Of a stretch of 64,000 nucleotides of DNA, positions 47,250 through 58,527 are shown piece by piece. A program made the translations under genes and the position numbers. Origin of the DNA: an archaeon (GTDB lineage: Archaea; Nanobdellota; Nanobdellia; SCGC-AAA011-G17; GW2011-AR17); contig JABHLH010000002.1 in NCBI GenBank assembly GCA_018692925.1, positions 38,576 through 102,575 on the forward strand, in the 5' to 3' direction. The notes beneath the pieces are model-generated. The model made no database searches, was not told the DNA's origin, and was given only the letters and a program-made list of their open reading frames with translations. The first letter of the stretch is position 1, and each line of letters starts with the position of its first letter.

Positions 47250-47675
47250 ATGAGGTGGCAAACTTGGACCAGATTTACTGCAATAATTCTTTTTGTAATA
47301 ACAGTTTTAACTTTTGCATTTACTTATTCAGATAACTTTGTTGAAGGTTCTTCAAATATAGAATTTCAAAACTTTCCTACAGCTACTGACTTAGATTCTT
47401 TAGACTTAAATGAAGATATTGAGTTTTCATTTTTCTTATACAACAATGGTGGAGAAGCTGCCTTTGTAAAAAAAATATTATTAAGCTCTGATTTAGATTA
47501 TTTTATAACTCCTGAAGAAGATTTTAGTGTTCTTGCTGGAGAAGCTCAAGAAATTATAGTTATTTTAGAATCTCCTGGAATAGAATTAGAATCAGAATTA
47601 TATTTCCAAGTTTTCTATGACGACTTTTCAATAGAATCTGAAGAACTTCCTGTTGTTTGGGGAACTATACTTTAA
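47250..47675 (+). CDS. Secreted or membrane-anchored hypothetical protein
   Basis: 141 aa with an N-terminal TM/signal. Confidence 0.35.
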   Translation: MRWQTWTRFTAIILFVITVLTFAFTYSDNFVEGSSNIEFQNFPTATDLDSLDLNEDIEFSFFLYNNGGEAAFVKKILLSSDLDYFITPEEDFSVLAGEAQEIIVILESPGIELESELYFQVFYDDFSIESEELPVVWGTIL

Positions 47676-48274
47676 AGTAAAGATTCTAATAAATCGCTAG
47701 CATCTCTTTCAGAATGTTCTTGAATTGACCATTTATTCACATCTTCAAATTTATCTGAAAAGTACCATTCTAAATTTTTTAATTGGTTAAGTGTAATATC
47801 TGGTACATATCTTCTAAAGACTGAAAATCCAGCATATCTTTTATCATCTAATTTTCTTCTTTTAATTTCTCTATTTTGTTCTCTTGTAAATTCTCTAGAC
47901 TGAATAAATCTAAACCAATTAGGGATAGTATCCCATTTGACTTCAATTAATTCATCTGTACTTAAGTTATTAAATTCATAATCTTGATCAATTTCTGCAC
48001 TAAATGCATAAACTCTATACATATTTGAAAATAATTTTAACTTTTTGATTTCACTTGTATAATTTGTTTCTTCTTTAAATTCTCTAATTGCTGTTTCTTT
48101 TGGACTTTCTCTAGCTTCTCTATATCCACCAATCAGCATCCACTCACCTGGAAATCTCATAGGAGTATTATATTCTGGATTCCAAAAAGATCTTTTTCCT
48201 AATAGGACTTCTTTCTCTTTTGTTCCTGCTTTTATCCTAAATGGGCATAAAACTCCAGCTCCTCTATATACCAT
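47672..48274 (-). CDS. NUDIX hydrolase
   Basis: Nudix box GGYREARESPKETAIREFKEETNY. Confidence 0.7.
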   Translation of the reverse strand: MVYRGAGVLCPFRIKAGTKEKEVLLGKRSFWNPEYNTPMRFPGEWMLIGGYREARESPKETAIREFKEETNYTSEIKKLKLFSNMYRVYAFSAEIDQDYEFNNLSTDELIEVKWDTIPNWFRFIQSREFTREQNREIKRRKLDDKRYAGFSVFRRYVPDITLNQLKNLEWYFSDKFEDVNKWSIQEHSERDASDLLESLL

Positions 48275-48360
48275 AAATTTCGGAGTAAATTCTCTCTTTA
48301 TAACTCTATCTTTTTCTATATTTTAACTGCATAACTTTTATAAATCGAATTTCATGAATA

Positions 48361-49023
48361 TTATCTAGAGACTTCAACACCTCTCCTTTTACATTTTTTC
48401 TTTATTAGACATTTAGAACAGTATGGTGAAATAGGTCTACAAATATGTTGTCCATATGCAACTAGAAGAAAACTTAATTCTCTCCAATATTTTTTATCAA
48501 CTCTTTTTCTCACTTCATATTCTGTCTCTTCAGGATTCTTTGTTTTCAAAAAACCAAACCTATTCAAAATTCTATGATTATGTACATCAATACAAACTCC
48601 ATCTCCATCAAAACCTACACTAATTACTAAGTTTGCAGTTTTTCTTCCAACATTTGGCAACTCTAACAATTTCTCCATTGAGTTTGGAACTTTACCTTTA
48701 TACTTCTCAATTAAAATTTCACAAATCTTTCTAATATTCTTTCCTTTGGTTTTATAGAATCCTGCAGGATAAATTAACTCTGCAATTTCTTCTTCTTTCA
48801 ATTTCAACATTTCTTTAGGGCTTTTAGCTTTACTAAACAATTTATTAAAAGATTTCAAAGTAACTTCATCTTTTGTTCTCAAACTTATCACTGTAGAAAT
48901 CAAAATACTAAACGGATCTTTATGAGCTTTAGAAACCAAACTAACAACTGGCACATCCCATTTCTTAATTTCCTTTCTCAGTATTTTAATTATATCAATT
49001 AAATCTTTTTCATTCATCTTCAT
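48361..49023 (-). CDS. nth: Endonuclease III (HhH-GPD with 4Fe-4S loop)
   Basis: LPNVGRKTANLV helix-hairpin-helix and CRPISPYCSKCLIKKKC cluster loop. Confidence 0.85.
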   Translation of the reverse strand: MKMNEKDLIDIIKILRKEIKKWDVPVVSLVSKAHKDPFSILISTVISLRTKDEVTLKSFNKLFSKAKSPKEMLKLKEEEIAELIYPAGFYKTKGKNIRKICEILIEKYKGKVPNSMEKLLELPNVGRKTANLVISVGFDGDGVCIDVHNHRILNRFGFLKTKNPEETEYEVRKRVDKKYWRELSFLLVAYGQHICRPISPYCSKCLIKKKCKRRGVEVSR

Positions 49024-49092
49024 TACAATAATTTCAAAATATTAAAAACTATCTCCATTATCTTTATAATCTCTAAATTTATTTAGCCTTCT

Positions 49093-49923
49093 ATGGATAA
49101 AAATCAAAGAAAGAAATTACTTCTTATTATTGCAATCCTTGGAATTGTAGCTTTAATGACTTCTGTTTACTTATTAAAAAATCATTATTATCCTGATCTA
49201 GGTTCTTTTTGCGATTTCGACGAATCTATTTCTTGTTCTTATGTAAACTCTAGTTCCTTTTCAGAAATATTAAATGTTCCAGCTGCTTTACTTGGAATAT
49301 TTTGGTCTTGCTTTTTAACTTTTTTTGCAATTAAATCAATAAAAAAAAGAACTTACTTAGTTCCATTATTTTTGTGGTCTTTATTCGGAGTACTATCTTC
49401 AATCTTTTTTATAATCGCTGAGTTTATTTTGAAAGCAATTTGTCCTCTGTGTACTGTGGTTCACATAATCTCTTTCATTGTAATTATTTTATCTATTTTA
49501 TTACTAAACTCTCAAAAAACTAATATTAGAATTTTAGATTTAAAACAATTAAAAACTATTTTGACAATTATAATCATAATCAATCTTTTACCTTTCTTAT
49601 TTTTCAACACTGTTCAAGCTGAACAAAATTATGATGATTTTGCTCAATGTTTGACAGATTCTGGTTTAGTAATTTATTCTTCTTCTCAATGTGGTGCTTG
49701 TGCTTACCAAGAAGAATTATTTGGAGAATCTTTTGGATTAATTAATCTTGTAGAATGTAATCCTTCAGCTGAAGATTATAATCAAGAGCTTTGTGATGCA
49801 AGATTTATTTCTGCTACGCCTACTTGGATATTAGAAATTGAAGGTGAAGAGTTTGAAAGAGAGATTGGTTACCAAAATTTTGAACAATTATCTTCTTGGA
49901 CTTCTTGTGTGCTAAATAGTTAA
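49093..49923 (+). CDS. VKOR-family membrane protein fused to a thioredoxin-like domain
   Basis: Loop cysteines (CDFDESISC), membrane CPLC and a C-terminal soluble domain with CGAC. Confidence 0.65.
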   Translation: MDKNQRKKLLLIIAILGIVALMTSVYLLKNHYYPDLGSFCDFDESISCSYVNSSSFSEILNVPAALLGIFWSCFLTFFAIKSIKKRTYLVPLFLWSLFGVLSSIFFIIAEFILKAICPLCTVVHIISFIVIILSILLLNSQKTNIRILDLKQLKTILTIIIIINLLPFLFFNTVQAEQNYDDFAQCLTDSGLVIYSSSQCGACAYQEELFGESFGLINLVECNPSAEDYNQELCDARFISATPTWILEIEGEEFEREIGYQNFEQLSSWTSCVLNS

Positions 49924-49958
49924 TCTTAAATATAATTTATTTTTAGGAAAATATTAAG

Positions 49959-50426
49959 ATGACATTAATATCTAAAAAATCACTTCCTATTGCTGCAATA
50001 ATAATAGGGTCTGCCTTTGCTGTTAGTGCTGGTATAATTGGTCAAACTAATAAAGAAAATAAAAAAGATATTTTGGCAGAATGTGCTCAAGAACCTAATT
50101 TAAGATTTGGTTATATTACTTGTTACAATCCTTCTATTGATAGATTAGAATTAAAATCTGCTAAAGACAATGCTTTAGATTTAATTGTTTATACTCATGG
50201 TAATGAACAAATTTCTTATTTGCTTACAAGGGGACCAAATAAAAATGATTTGCTTCATAATCCTGATTATACTCATACTAATTTTGATACTATTACTCAT
50301 GATCATCCTCTTCCTCACAAAATTTCTGCAATGGTTACTGGAGATATTAATGGTGATGGTTTAACTGATTTAATTATTGGTACTTATTCTGGTGATGTTA
50401 TTGCTTATCAAGGTATTTCTGAATAG
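49959..50426 (+). CDS. Secreted protein with an FG-GAP-like repeat
   Basis: Signal or TM at the N-terminus. GDINGDGLTDLIIG. Confidence 0.4.
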   Translation: MTLISKKSLPIAAIIIGSAFAVSAGIIGQTNKENKKDILAECAQEPNLRFGYITCYNPSIDRLELKSAKDNALDLIVYTHGNEQISYLLTRGPNKNDLLHNPDYTHTNFDTITHDHPLPHKISAMVTGDINGDGLTDLIIGTYSGDVIAYQGISE

Positions 50427-50513
50427 TTTTCACCTCAAAAACACAAGCTTTATATAGAAGTTCTTCTTATTCGAACACAACCTTGTTGAGCTTAAGTCAA
50501 CAGGAAAGACAAA

Positions 50514-50978
50514 ATGAAAAAAGAAGAAAATCCAAAAGAAGCTCAAAATGAAGAGGAAACTCAAAAAGAAGAGCAAAGTCTTTTAGAACAACTACAGAGA
50601 TTACAAGCAGAGTTCATAAATTACAGAACTAGAGTTGAGAAAGAAAAAGTTCAGATAAAAGAACAAACAAAAGAAATCACTATCTTAAGATTTTTAGACA
50701 TAAAAGACAACTTCGATAGAGCACCAAAACTTGACGAAGGTATGGAATTAATTTACAAACAATTTCAAAAAATATTCAAAGATGAATCTGTTCAAGAGAT
50801 TGAAAATCTAGTTTTTGATCCTCAATTTCATGAGGCGATTGCAACAGATCCAAATACAAAGAAAGACAAAATAGTTGAAGTAATCCAAAAAGGTTACAAA
50901 CGAAATGAAATTCTAATGAGACCTTCAAAGGTTGTAGTTGGAAGTAATGATAATATAGGAGAAAAGAAAAATGAGTAA
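50514..50978 (+). CDS. grpE: Nucleotide exchange factor GrpE
   Basis: Coiled-coil N-terminus and GrpE C-terminal block. Stop overlaps the dnaK start. Confidence 0.85.
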   Translation: MKKEENPKEAQNEEETQKEEQSLLEQLQRLQAEFINYRTRVEKEKVQIKEQTKEITILRFLDIKDNFDRAPKLDEGMELIYKQFQKIFKDESVQEIENLVFDPQFHEAIATDPNTKKDKIVEVIQKGYKRNEILMRPSKVVVGSNDNIGEKKNE

Positions 50979-52812
50979 AATTATAGGTATAGATTTAGGT
51001 ACAACAAATTCAGCAGTCGCAGTTTTAGAAGGAGGAAAACCATCCATTATTTCCTCAGCAGAAGGTGGAAGAACAATTCCAAGTGTAATTTCTGTTAAAG
51101 GAGATGAAATCATCGTCGGTGAAATTGCTAAAAGACAAGCAGTTGCAAATCCTTTACATACAATCAGAAGTATCAAAAGATTAATTGGTACAAATGAAAA
51201 TGTAAAAATTGACGATAAAGAATACACACCTCAAGAAGTTTCTGCAATGATTTTAAGAAAAATCAAAAAAGATGCTGAGTCATATTTAGGACAAAAAGTT
51301 ACAAAAGCTGTTATCACAGTTCCTGCTTACTTTAATGATGCACAAAGACAAGCAACAAAAGATGCAGGTAAAATTGCAGGTTTCGAAGTTGAAAGAATTA
51401 TTAACGAACCAACTGCTGCAGCTTTAGCTTATGGTTTAGATAAAGGTGAAGCACACACTGTTTTAGTTTTCGACTTAGGTGGTGGAACTTTTGATGTTTC
51501 TATCTTAGAATTAGGAGATGGAGTTTTAGAAGTAAAATCAACATCTGGAGATAACAAATTAGGTGGAGATGATTTCGACGACAAAATTATAGATTATTTA
51601 GCTGAAACTTTCAAAAATAAAAATGGTATTAATTTGAAAGATGATTTAACAGCTTTACAAAGACTAAAAGAATCTGCAGAAAAAGCAAAGATTGAATTAT
51701 CAACTTCAATGCAAACTACTATTAGCCTACCATACGTCACCGCAAATGCTTCAGGGCCGTTGCATTTAGAGGAAGAGTTAACAAGAACTAAGTTCAATGA
51801 ACTTACAAGAGACTTGGTAGAAAGAACAATTAATCCTGTAAAACAAGCATTGAAAGATGCAGAATTAAATCCTACAGAGATCCATAATGTTCTTTTAGTT
51901 GGTGGTTCAACAAGAATGCCTGCAGTTCAAGAACAAGTGAAAATTTTATTGAACAAAGAAGGAGAAAAAACTTTGAATCCTGATGAGGCTGTTGCTTTAG
52001 GTGCTTCTTTACAAGGAGGAATTCTAGGTGGGGAAGTAAAAGACATTTTACTTCTGGATGTGACTCCTCTAAGTTTAGGAATTGAAACTTTAGGTTCTGT
52101 TTCAACAAAATTAATTGAGAGAAATACAACTATTCCTGTAAAAAAGTCTCAAATATTTAGTACAGCTTCAGACAACCAACCTGCTGTAACAATTAATGTT
52201 CTGCAAGGTGAAAGAGCTATGGCATCTGACAATAAATCTTTAGGTAGATTTGATCTTGTTGGTATTCCACCTGCTCCAAGAGGAGTTCCTCAGGTTGAAG
52301 TTAGTTTTGATATTGATGCAAATGGAATTGTACATGTTTCTGCAAAAGATTTAGGTACTGGTAAAGAACAAAAAATTACTGTTACTGGTGGATCTGGAAT
52401 GAACGATGCTGATATTGAAAAAGCTGTAAAAGAAGCTGAGAAATTTGCTGAAGCTGATTCTAAAAAGAAAGAATCTATTGAAGTAAAAAATCAAGCTGAT
52501 ACAACTATTTACTCTTCAGAGAAAATGTTAAATGAACATAAAGACAAAATAGACAAAGCAACAACAGAAAAAATTGAGAAAGAAATTAGTGAATTAAAAG
52601 AAGCTGCAAAAACTGATGATGTTGAAAAGATTAAAGCTCAAATCGAATCTATCAACAAAGCTTTACAAGAAATTGGTACAAAAATTTACCAAGATGCAGC
52701 TCAAGCACAAGAACAAACTCAAGAAAAACCTGAAGAAAAAAAGGAAGAGAATGTTGTAGACGCTGAGTTTGAAAAAGAAGAGAAAACAGAAAAAGAAGAA
52801 AAGAGTGAATAA
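50971..52812 (+). CDS. dnaK: Chaperone DnaK (Hsp70)
   Basis: [18 protein letters not shown] and the full Hsp70 architecture. 613 aa. Confidence 0.97.
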   Translation: MSKIIGIDLGTTNSAVAVLEGGKPSIISSAEGGRTIPSVISVKGDEIIVGEIAKRQAVANPLHTIRSIKRLIGTNENVKIDDKEYTPQEVSAMILRKIKKDAESYLGQKVTKAVITVPAYFNDAQRQATKDAGKIAGFEVERIINEPTAAALAYGLDKGEAHTVLVFDLGGGTFDVSILELGDGVLEVKSTSGDNKLGGDDFDDKIIDYLAETFKNKNGINLKDDLTALQRLKESAEKAKIELSTSMQTTISLPYVTANASGPLHLEEELTRTKFNELTRDLVERTINPVKQALKDAELNPTEIHNVLLVGGSTRMPAVQEQVKILLNKEGEKTLNPDEAVALGASLQGGILGGEVKDILLLDVTPLSLGIETLGSVSTKLIERNTTIPVKKSQIFSTASDNQPAVTINVLQGERAMASDNKSLGRFDLVGIPPAPRGVPQVEVSFDIDANGIVHVSAKDLGTGKEQKITVTGGSGMNDADIEKAVKEAEKFAEADSKKKESIEVKNQADTTIYSSEKMLNEHKDKIDKATTEKIEKEISELKEAAKTDDVEKIKAQIESINKALQEIGTKIYQDAAQAQEQTQEKPEEKKEENVVDAEFEKEEKTEKEEKSE

Positions 52813-52957
52813 CTCTTTTTTTATTTTATTATTAAAATGGGATTAGAAGATTTAACAGGATATGGGACAATTGATTCCTTTGTATATTCTCCTAGGTCGA
52901 ATAATCTTTATCGTCAATCTAATGAACCTTATCAAAGAATAAATTCAGATATGCTTT

Positions 52958-53293
52958 ATGATTTTTCTAGCTCTGGATATGGTGGAGGTTCAGTTTATGG
53001 ATAAATCTTACAAAAATATTGGAGATTTACTTAGAGAAGATTCAATAAAAGAAACTCCAAGAAGAATGATGGATTATCAACATGCTGCTACAAAAGTATT
53101 AGATTCCTATTTTCAAGAAAGAGATTTTGAAAAAATTCAAGTAAAACAAGAATATAAAAGACATGAAGACTTAAGTCAATATGCTCATGGATTGAATGAG
53201 AGAATGAAAGAGTTTCAAGATTTTCACACTAGAAGGTATTTCGAATATTTTGCTAAGCAAGCATTAGAGGGATTACTAAATGTACCAAAATAA
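52958..53293 (+). CDS. Hypothetical protein inserted between dnaK and dnaJ
   Basis: 111-aa ORF with no recognisable motifs. Confidence 0.35.
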   Translation: MIFLALDMVEVQFMDKSYKNIGDLLREDSIKETPRRMMDYQHAATKVLDSYFQERDFEKIQVKQEYKRHEDLSQYAHGLNERMKEFQDFHTRRYFEYFAKQALEGLLNVPK

Positions 53294-53377
53294 AACAACA
53301 TCTTATAAAACAGAAACAACCTTTTGTTGTGGTAGAGAGTGTCCTACTTGTAAAAAAAGAAAGGGAAGAACATATCA

Positions 53378-54481
53378 ATGACTGACTATTATGAAACTTT
53401 AGGTATTAAAAAAACTGCAACTAAAGAAGAGATTAAAAAAGCTTACAAAAAACTTGCAAAAAAGCATCACCCTGATCTAAATAAAAATAATCCTAAATCT
53501 GCAGAAAAATTTAAAGAAATTAATGAAGCTTATTCTGCTTTAAGTGACGAGTCAAAAAGATCTAATTATGATCGTTTTGGTTCTGCTGGTGCACAACAAC
53601 ATTCTCATGGTTATGAAGGTTTCCAGTCGAGAGACTTTGGAGATATCTCAGATATTTTCGATTCTTTTTTTGGCTTTGGTGGTCAAAGGTCAGGAAATGT
53701 TAGAAGGAAAGGTCAAAGTCTAAAAGTTGAATTAGAATTATCTTTCAAAGAAGCAGTTTTTGGTACTGAGAAAAAAATTAAAGTTACTAGATATGAAACC
53801 TGTGATACTTGTGAAGGTTTAGGTGGAAAAGGCGAAGTAAAATGTGCAACTTGTAAAGGTGCTGGTCATGTAAGAAAAAATTTCAGAACTCCTTTTGGTG
53901 TATTTGCACAAACTGCTGCATGTAATACTTGTGGTGGGACTGGTAATGTTTTAAAACATACTTGTAAAGATTGTAAAGGTAATGGTAAGGTAAAAAATAC
54001 TTCTTCAATAACTGTAAAAGTTCCTCCTGGTATTAGTGATGGTCAAACTTTAAGATTAACTGGTGAAGGTGAAGCTGGAAATCATGGTGGTCCTGCTGGA
54101 GATTTATTTGTTGAGGTTTATGTAACTCCTGACGAAATGTTTGAGAGGAAAGGTGATAATATTCATTTAGACTATCCTATTTCTTTTTCACAAGCAGCTT
54201 TAGGCGATACTGTTCAAGTTCCTACAATCAGGGGAAAAGTAAAAATGAAAATTCCTTCTGGAACTCAATCTGGAACTTTAATGAAATTAAAAGAAGAAGG
54301 TGTTGACAATGTTAATGGTTATGGTGTTGGTGATCAATATGTAAGAATTTGTGTTAAGACTCCAACTAAATTAAATTCTAAAATGAAAAAACTTTTGAAA
54401 GATTTTGCAAAAGAAAATAAAGAAAAATTAAAAATTGAAAAAGGTTTTTTTGAAAAATTAAAAGATGGTTTTGAGCTTTAA
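53378..54481 (+). CDS. dnaJ: Chaperone DnaJ
   Basis: J-domain with HPD, a Gly/Phe region and four CxxCxGxG zinc-finger repeats. Confidence 0.95.
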   Translation: MTDYYETLGIKKTATKEEIKKAYKKLAKKHHPDLNKNNPKSAEKFKEINEAYSALSDESKRSNYDRFGSAGAQQHSHGYEGFQSRDFGDISDIFDSFFGFGGQRSGNVRRKGQSLKVELELSFKEAVFGTEKKIKVTRYETCDTCEGLGGKGEVKCATCKGAGHVRKNFRTPFGVFAQTAACNTCGGTGNVLKHTCKDCKGNGKVKNTSSITVKVPPGISDGQTLRLTGEGEAGNHGGPAGDLFVEVYVTPDEMFERKGDNIHLDYPISFSQAALGDTVQVPTIRGKVKMKIPSGTQSGTLMKLKEEGVDNVNGYGVGDQYVRICVKTPTKLNSKMKKLLKDFAKENKEKLKIEKGFFEKLKDGFEL

Positions 54482-54744
54482 ACTTTTTCTTCTAATCTTG
54501 TTGAAGCACCCCAAATGCTTCCACCAATACCAACAAGTGTTGCTGCTGTTGCCACTAAAAATGATTCTGCACTAGCATTTTCATAAAATTGCATATATCC
54601 TAGTCCTGCTATTGCTGTAGGGACACTTAATGCTAAAACTGTTTTTGAAATATAATATTCTGTTTTTCCTACCAAACCTTTAGAATTATATCTCTCTTTT
54701 CTTTTTTCACGTCTTTTTAAAATTACTCTATATTCTTCTCTCAT
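54478..54744 (-). CDS. Small membrane protein, hypothetical
   Basis: 88 aa with 2 TM helices. Confidence 0.3.
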   Translation of the reverse strand: MREEYRVILKRREKRKERYNSKGLVGKTEYYISKTVLALSVPTAIAGLGYMQFYENASAESFLVATAATLVGIGGSIWGASTRLEEKV

Positions 54745-54834
54745 CTTTCGTTCACCAAATAAAGAATTAAAAATTTACTATAAAAATGCTCTGAAGGATT
54801 AATCTTTATTAGAAATAAAAAAAATAAAAAAAAT

Positions 54835-55182
54835 TTAGTCTTTTGCTAATGCAAACACAGACTTAAGTGCTACTACAATTGTTGCTGGAACAAACAGTGC
54901 TAACAAATTGTTAAATATAGTGCTCAAGTACATAACTGAACCTAAACTTTGTCCACCTAAGTAACCCATTAAAGCTAAAACAGTTCCTGCCATTAAAAAA
55001 GCACTAACTTCTTTTTCTTCAATATTAAGTAGCCCTATAACTAAACCTAGCACAACTAAAACCCAAGCAACCCAAGCGTATGCAGTAATGAAACCAAAGA
55101 TTAAAGCTAACAGTACACCTGCTAAAAATGCCCACCTTCCAAGTTTTGCTTTACCACTTTTCTTTTTTGCCATAAGTATCAA
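54835..55182 (-). CDS. Small membrane protein, hypothetical
   Basis: 115 aa with 3 TM helices. Confidence 0.35.
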   Translation of the reverse strand: MILMAKKKSGKAKLGRWAFLAGVLLALIFGFITAYAWVAWVLVVLGLVIGLLNIEEKEVSAFLMAGTVLALMGYLGGQSLGSVMYLSTIFNNLLALFVPATIVVALKSVFALAKD

Positions 55183-55291
55183 CCTCCTTTTTATTAAGCT
55201 TCTATAAGCTATGATCCTTTATATGTTTTTTCAAAATAGATATTCTAACAATAAGATACTTTTATATAATACTTTTTTATTTTATTACATA

Positions 55292-57004
55292 ATGATACGT
55301 CAACCTTTAGTAGTTGTAATGGGGAATGTAGATTCTGGAAAAACCCAAACTTTAGATACTATTAGAAGGACTGCTGTTATAAAATCTGAAGCTGGTGCTA
55401 TCACTCAAATGATTTCTTCTTCTTCCATTTCTCTAAATACTATACAAAAGATTTGTGGAGATTTATTAAAAGGAAAAAATATCAATCTTCCTGGTTTAGT
55501 TTTTATTGACACTCCGGGGCATGCAGCTTTTTCAAACATGAGAAAGCGAGGCGGAAATCTTGCTGACATTGCAATTTTAGTTGTAGATATTAATGAGGGT
55601 ATAAAACCTCAAACTATTGAATGTATTCAAATTTTAAAAAAATACAAAACTCCATTTTTAATTGCTTTAAACAAATTAGATTTAACTCCTGGTTGGCAAA
55701 AAACAAATGAAAAAATGGTTCTTAATATGATTGCAAAACAATCTCCAAAGGTTCAACAACATATTGAAACTAAACTTTACGAAATTGTTGGTAAATTACA
55801 TGAAGAAGGTTTTCAAACTGAAAGGTTTGACAGAGTTGACGATTACACAAATACTATTGCAATGGTTCCTTGTTCTGCAAAAGTTGGTTTAGGTGTTCCA
55901 GAACTTTTAATGGTCTTAATGGGTCTTGCACAAAAATTCTTAGAAAAAAATCTAGTTACAGATTTATCTGGTCCTGCAAAGGGAACAGTTTTAGAAGTTA
56001 AAGAGGAGAAAGGTTTAGGAACAACAATTAATGCAATTATTTATGAGGGTACAATCAAAGTTAACGATCCTATTATTATTGGTGGGGTTATTGAACCAAT
56101 TGTTACAAAAGTAAAAGGTTTATTCGAACCCGACGAAAAAAATAAATTCAAACCTGTAAAAGAAATTGTTGCTGCTGCTGGTGTAAAACTTTCTGCAGTT
56201 GGAATTAAAGATGTTGTATCTGGTATGCCTTTATTTGTTATTAATGATAATGAAGAAGAATTAACACAAAAGATTCAAGAAGAGGTTGATGAAGTTTTAA
56301 TTGAAACAGAAAAATCAGGTATTGTAATCAAAGCAGATTCTCTTGGTTCTTTAGAAGCTGTTATTGGTATGTTACAAGATAAAGAAATTCCAATCAAAAA
56401 AGCTTCTGTAGGTTTTGTTACCAAAAAAGATATTACATCTGCAGTTTCTGATGAAGAACCAACTAACAGAGTAATTCTTTGTTTCAATGTAAAAACTGAT
56501 ACTGACGAAGTAAAAGTAATTTCTCATAATATTATTTATCAACTTATTGACGACTTAGAAGCTTGGAGAGAAGAATTAAGGAAGAAAGAGGAAGAAAAAG
56601 AACTTGATGTTTTAATCAAACCTGCAAAGATGAAATATTTACAAGGTTGTACTTTCCGACAAAATAATCCTTGTGTTGTTGGTGTAGAAATTTTAGCTGG
56701 AAAATTAAGACCTGGTGTTGATTTAATTAAAGACAATGGTGATCATGTTGGAAATGTAAAAACTATACAACTTGAAAAAGATACTCTTAAAGAAGTTGAG
56801 AAAGGAAAACAAGTTGCAGTTTCAATTATTGGTCCTACTGCTGGTCGACAAATTCAAGAAGGCGAAACTTTTTTTGTTGATATGAATGAAAATAATTTTA
56901 GAAGTTTGAAAAGATTAAAAAGATTCTTAAAACCTGATGATATTTTAGTTCTAAAAGAATTAGCTGAACTTAAAAGAAAAGAAAATCATTTATGGGGAGT
57001 TTAG
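55292..57004 (+). CDS. infB: Translation initiation factor aIF5B (IF2 homologue) with a variant G1 motif
   Basis: PLVVVMGNVDSGKTQTLD, DTPGHAAF and NKLD. The ORF opens at 55211, but Met28 (55292) matches the canonical start. Confidence 0.85.
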   Translation: MIRQPLVVVMGNVDSGKTQTLDTIRRTAVIKSEAGAITQMISSSSISLNTIQKICGDLLKGKNINLPGLVFIDTPGHAAFSNMRKRGGNLADIAILVVDINEGIKPQTIECIQILKKYKTPFLIALNKLDLTPGWQKTNEKMVLNMIAKQSPKVQQHIETKLYEIVGKLHEEGFQTERFDRVDDYTNTIAMVPCSAKVGLGVPELLMVLMGLAQKFLEKNLVTDLSGPAKGTVLEVKEEKGLGTTINAIIYEGTIKVNDPIIIGGVIEPIVTKVKGLFEPDEKNKFKPVKEIVAAAGVKLSAVGIKDVVSGMPLFVINDNEEELTQKIQEEVDEVLIETEKSGIVIKADSLGSLEAVIGMLQDKEIPIKKASVGFVTKKDITSAVSDEEPTNRVILCFNVKTDTDEVKVISHNIIYQLIDDLEAWREELRKKEEEKELDVLIKPAKMKYLQGCTFRQNNPCVVGVEILAGKLRPGVDLIKDNGDHVGNVKTIQLEKDTLKEVEKGKQVAVSIIGPTAGRQIQEGETFFVDMNENNFRSLKRLKRFLKPDDILVLKELAELKRKENHLWGV

Positions 57005-57046
57005 TCTTCCAAAAACCTTATTAATAACTTCTTTAAAAAAATTATT

Positions 57047-57652
57047 ATGTCAACACTAAAAGATGTATTAAAATCAATTAATCACAATAAATATTCCAGT
57101 GCTTCAGTTTTAGCATTAACTTCATTACTAGTCTTTCGTTCAACTCTAGCTTACTTAGATTACAAGGGTTATGGGATAGAAAGTTCTACATTTAATGAAG
57201 CTTTTGAAAATTTAGCTATTCTTGGTTCATTTCTTGTAGCATCTGTTTCAACAGCGAGCACATTTTATGCTACAAAATATTCTAAAGAAAGATTTCATGA
57301 AAATATGGGAATTCCTTTTGATTTGTTATATAATTACCATAATGGGATGGGTCATTGTCCAAGAGCAGGTTTTGAAATAGCAGCAAAAGATCTAGGTTTT
57401 GAAATTCCTAAAAATGATCCAGAATCAATGTTAAGATTATTATACTCTAATGTAAAAACACCTGGAGATATTACAGGATATATTAGAGAGACAACTCCTT
57501 TATTAATACAAGAATTAGGTGTGGAAAAATCTCTAGAAGTTTTTGTTGAAACTACTGGTTTAGACTTTGATTTAGCCTATGGTTCCCTTGGTCAAATAGT
57601 AGGATTTACACCTAAAACTCTCTCGCCTTACAATGAACTTGAAGTTAATTAA
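57047..57652 (+). CDS. Hypothetical protein
   Basis: 201-aa ORF. Confidence 0.35.
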   Translation: MSTLKDVLKSINHNKYSSASVLALTSLLVFRSTLAYLDYKGYGIESSTFNEAFENLAILGSFLVASVSTASTFYATKYSKERFHENMGIPFDLLYNYHNGMGHCPRAGFEIAAKDLGFEIPKNDPESMLRLLYSNVKTPGDITGYIRETTPLLIQELGVEKSLEVFVETTGLDFDLAYGSLGQIVGFTPKTLSPYNELEVN

Positions 57653-57734
57653 CCTTCTAGTTGTATAACTACTCTCGAGTATTACCTACAAGCATTCCAA
57701 AAACTTTATAAACCATTGAAAAACAAATTACAAT

Positions 57735-58130
57735 ATGGCAGAATTCAAATTTGTAATAAATGATGTAAAAACTGGAAAGACTTTTCAAAAGGCTTTAGAA
57801 GATGAATCAGTTATTGGTAAAAAGATTGGGGAAAAGCTTAATGGTGGCTTCTTAGGTCTAGAAGGATATGAATTAGAGATCAAAGGTGGATCAGATTCTG
57901 CTGGATTTCCAATGAAAAGTAATATTAATAGTTCTCAGAGAAGAAAGCTTTTATTGTCTCGTGGTACAGCTATGAGAAAAAATAGAGCAGGTTTGAAGAT
58001 AAGAAAAACAGTTTGTGGAAACACTATATCTTCAAATATTACTCAAATCAATCTTAAAGTTATCAAGTATGGTGCTAAATCTTTAGAAGACATTTTTGCT
58101 CCTAAAGAAGAAGCTCCAAAAGCTGAGTAA
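57735..58130 (+). CDS. rps6e: 30S ribosomal protein S6e
   Basis: MAEFKFVINDVKTGKTFQK...GGSDSAGFPM. Confidence 0.85.
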   Translation: MAEFKFVINDVKTGKTFQKALEDESVIGKKIGEKLNGGFLGLEGYELEIKGGSDSAGFPMKSNINSSQRRKLLLSRGTAMRKNRAGLKIRKTVCGNTISSNITQINLKVIKYGAKSLEDIFAPKEEAPKAE

Positions 58131-58149
58131 TTCGAGTTAGAGGTTTAAG

Positions 58150-58437
58150 ATGAAACATAAAACTAAGAGTGTATTGATTGCAAGAAAGAAAAGGTTAGAT
58201 CCTGAAGACTACAATCATAGACCTTGCTTTATTAGTTTTTTTGAAACAAATGACCCTCATTTGAGTGTAGAAGGTCCAACAAAAGTTATTGAATTTGATA
58301 GGAAACACAAAGTTAAGATCGAAGGTCTTAATGTTAATTATTTACTTCCTGGAAATGATATTATTATCAATGACTTAGAAGAGATCGAAATACTTGAAAA
58401 AGATGACATTATTACAGTGACTGGGAAACATTGTTAA
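58150..58437 (+). CDS. Hypothetical small protein
   Basis: 95-aa ORF between rps6e and the aIF2-gamma gene. Confidence 0.35.
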   Translation: MKHKTKSVLIARKKRLDPEDYNHRPCFISFFETNDPHLSVEGPTKVIEFDRKHKVKIEGLNVNYLLPGNDIIINDLEEIEILEKDDIITVTGKHC

Positions 58438-58527
58438 AGCAAGCTAAAAAAGATTCTTCATTTTATTAGATAGTATGCATTAATTCTCCTTTAGGTTAAT
58501 TTTATAAACAACCAAAATTTTGTTAAT

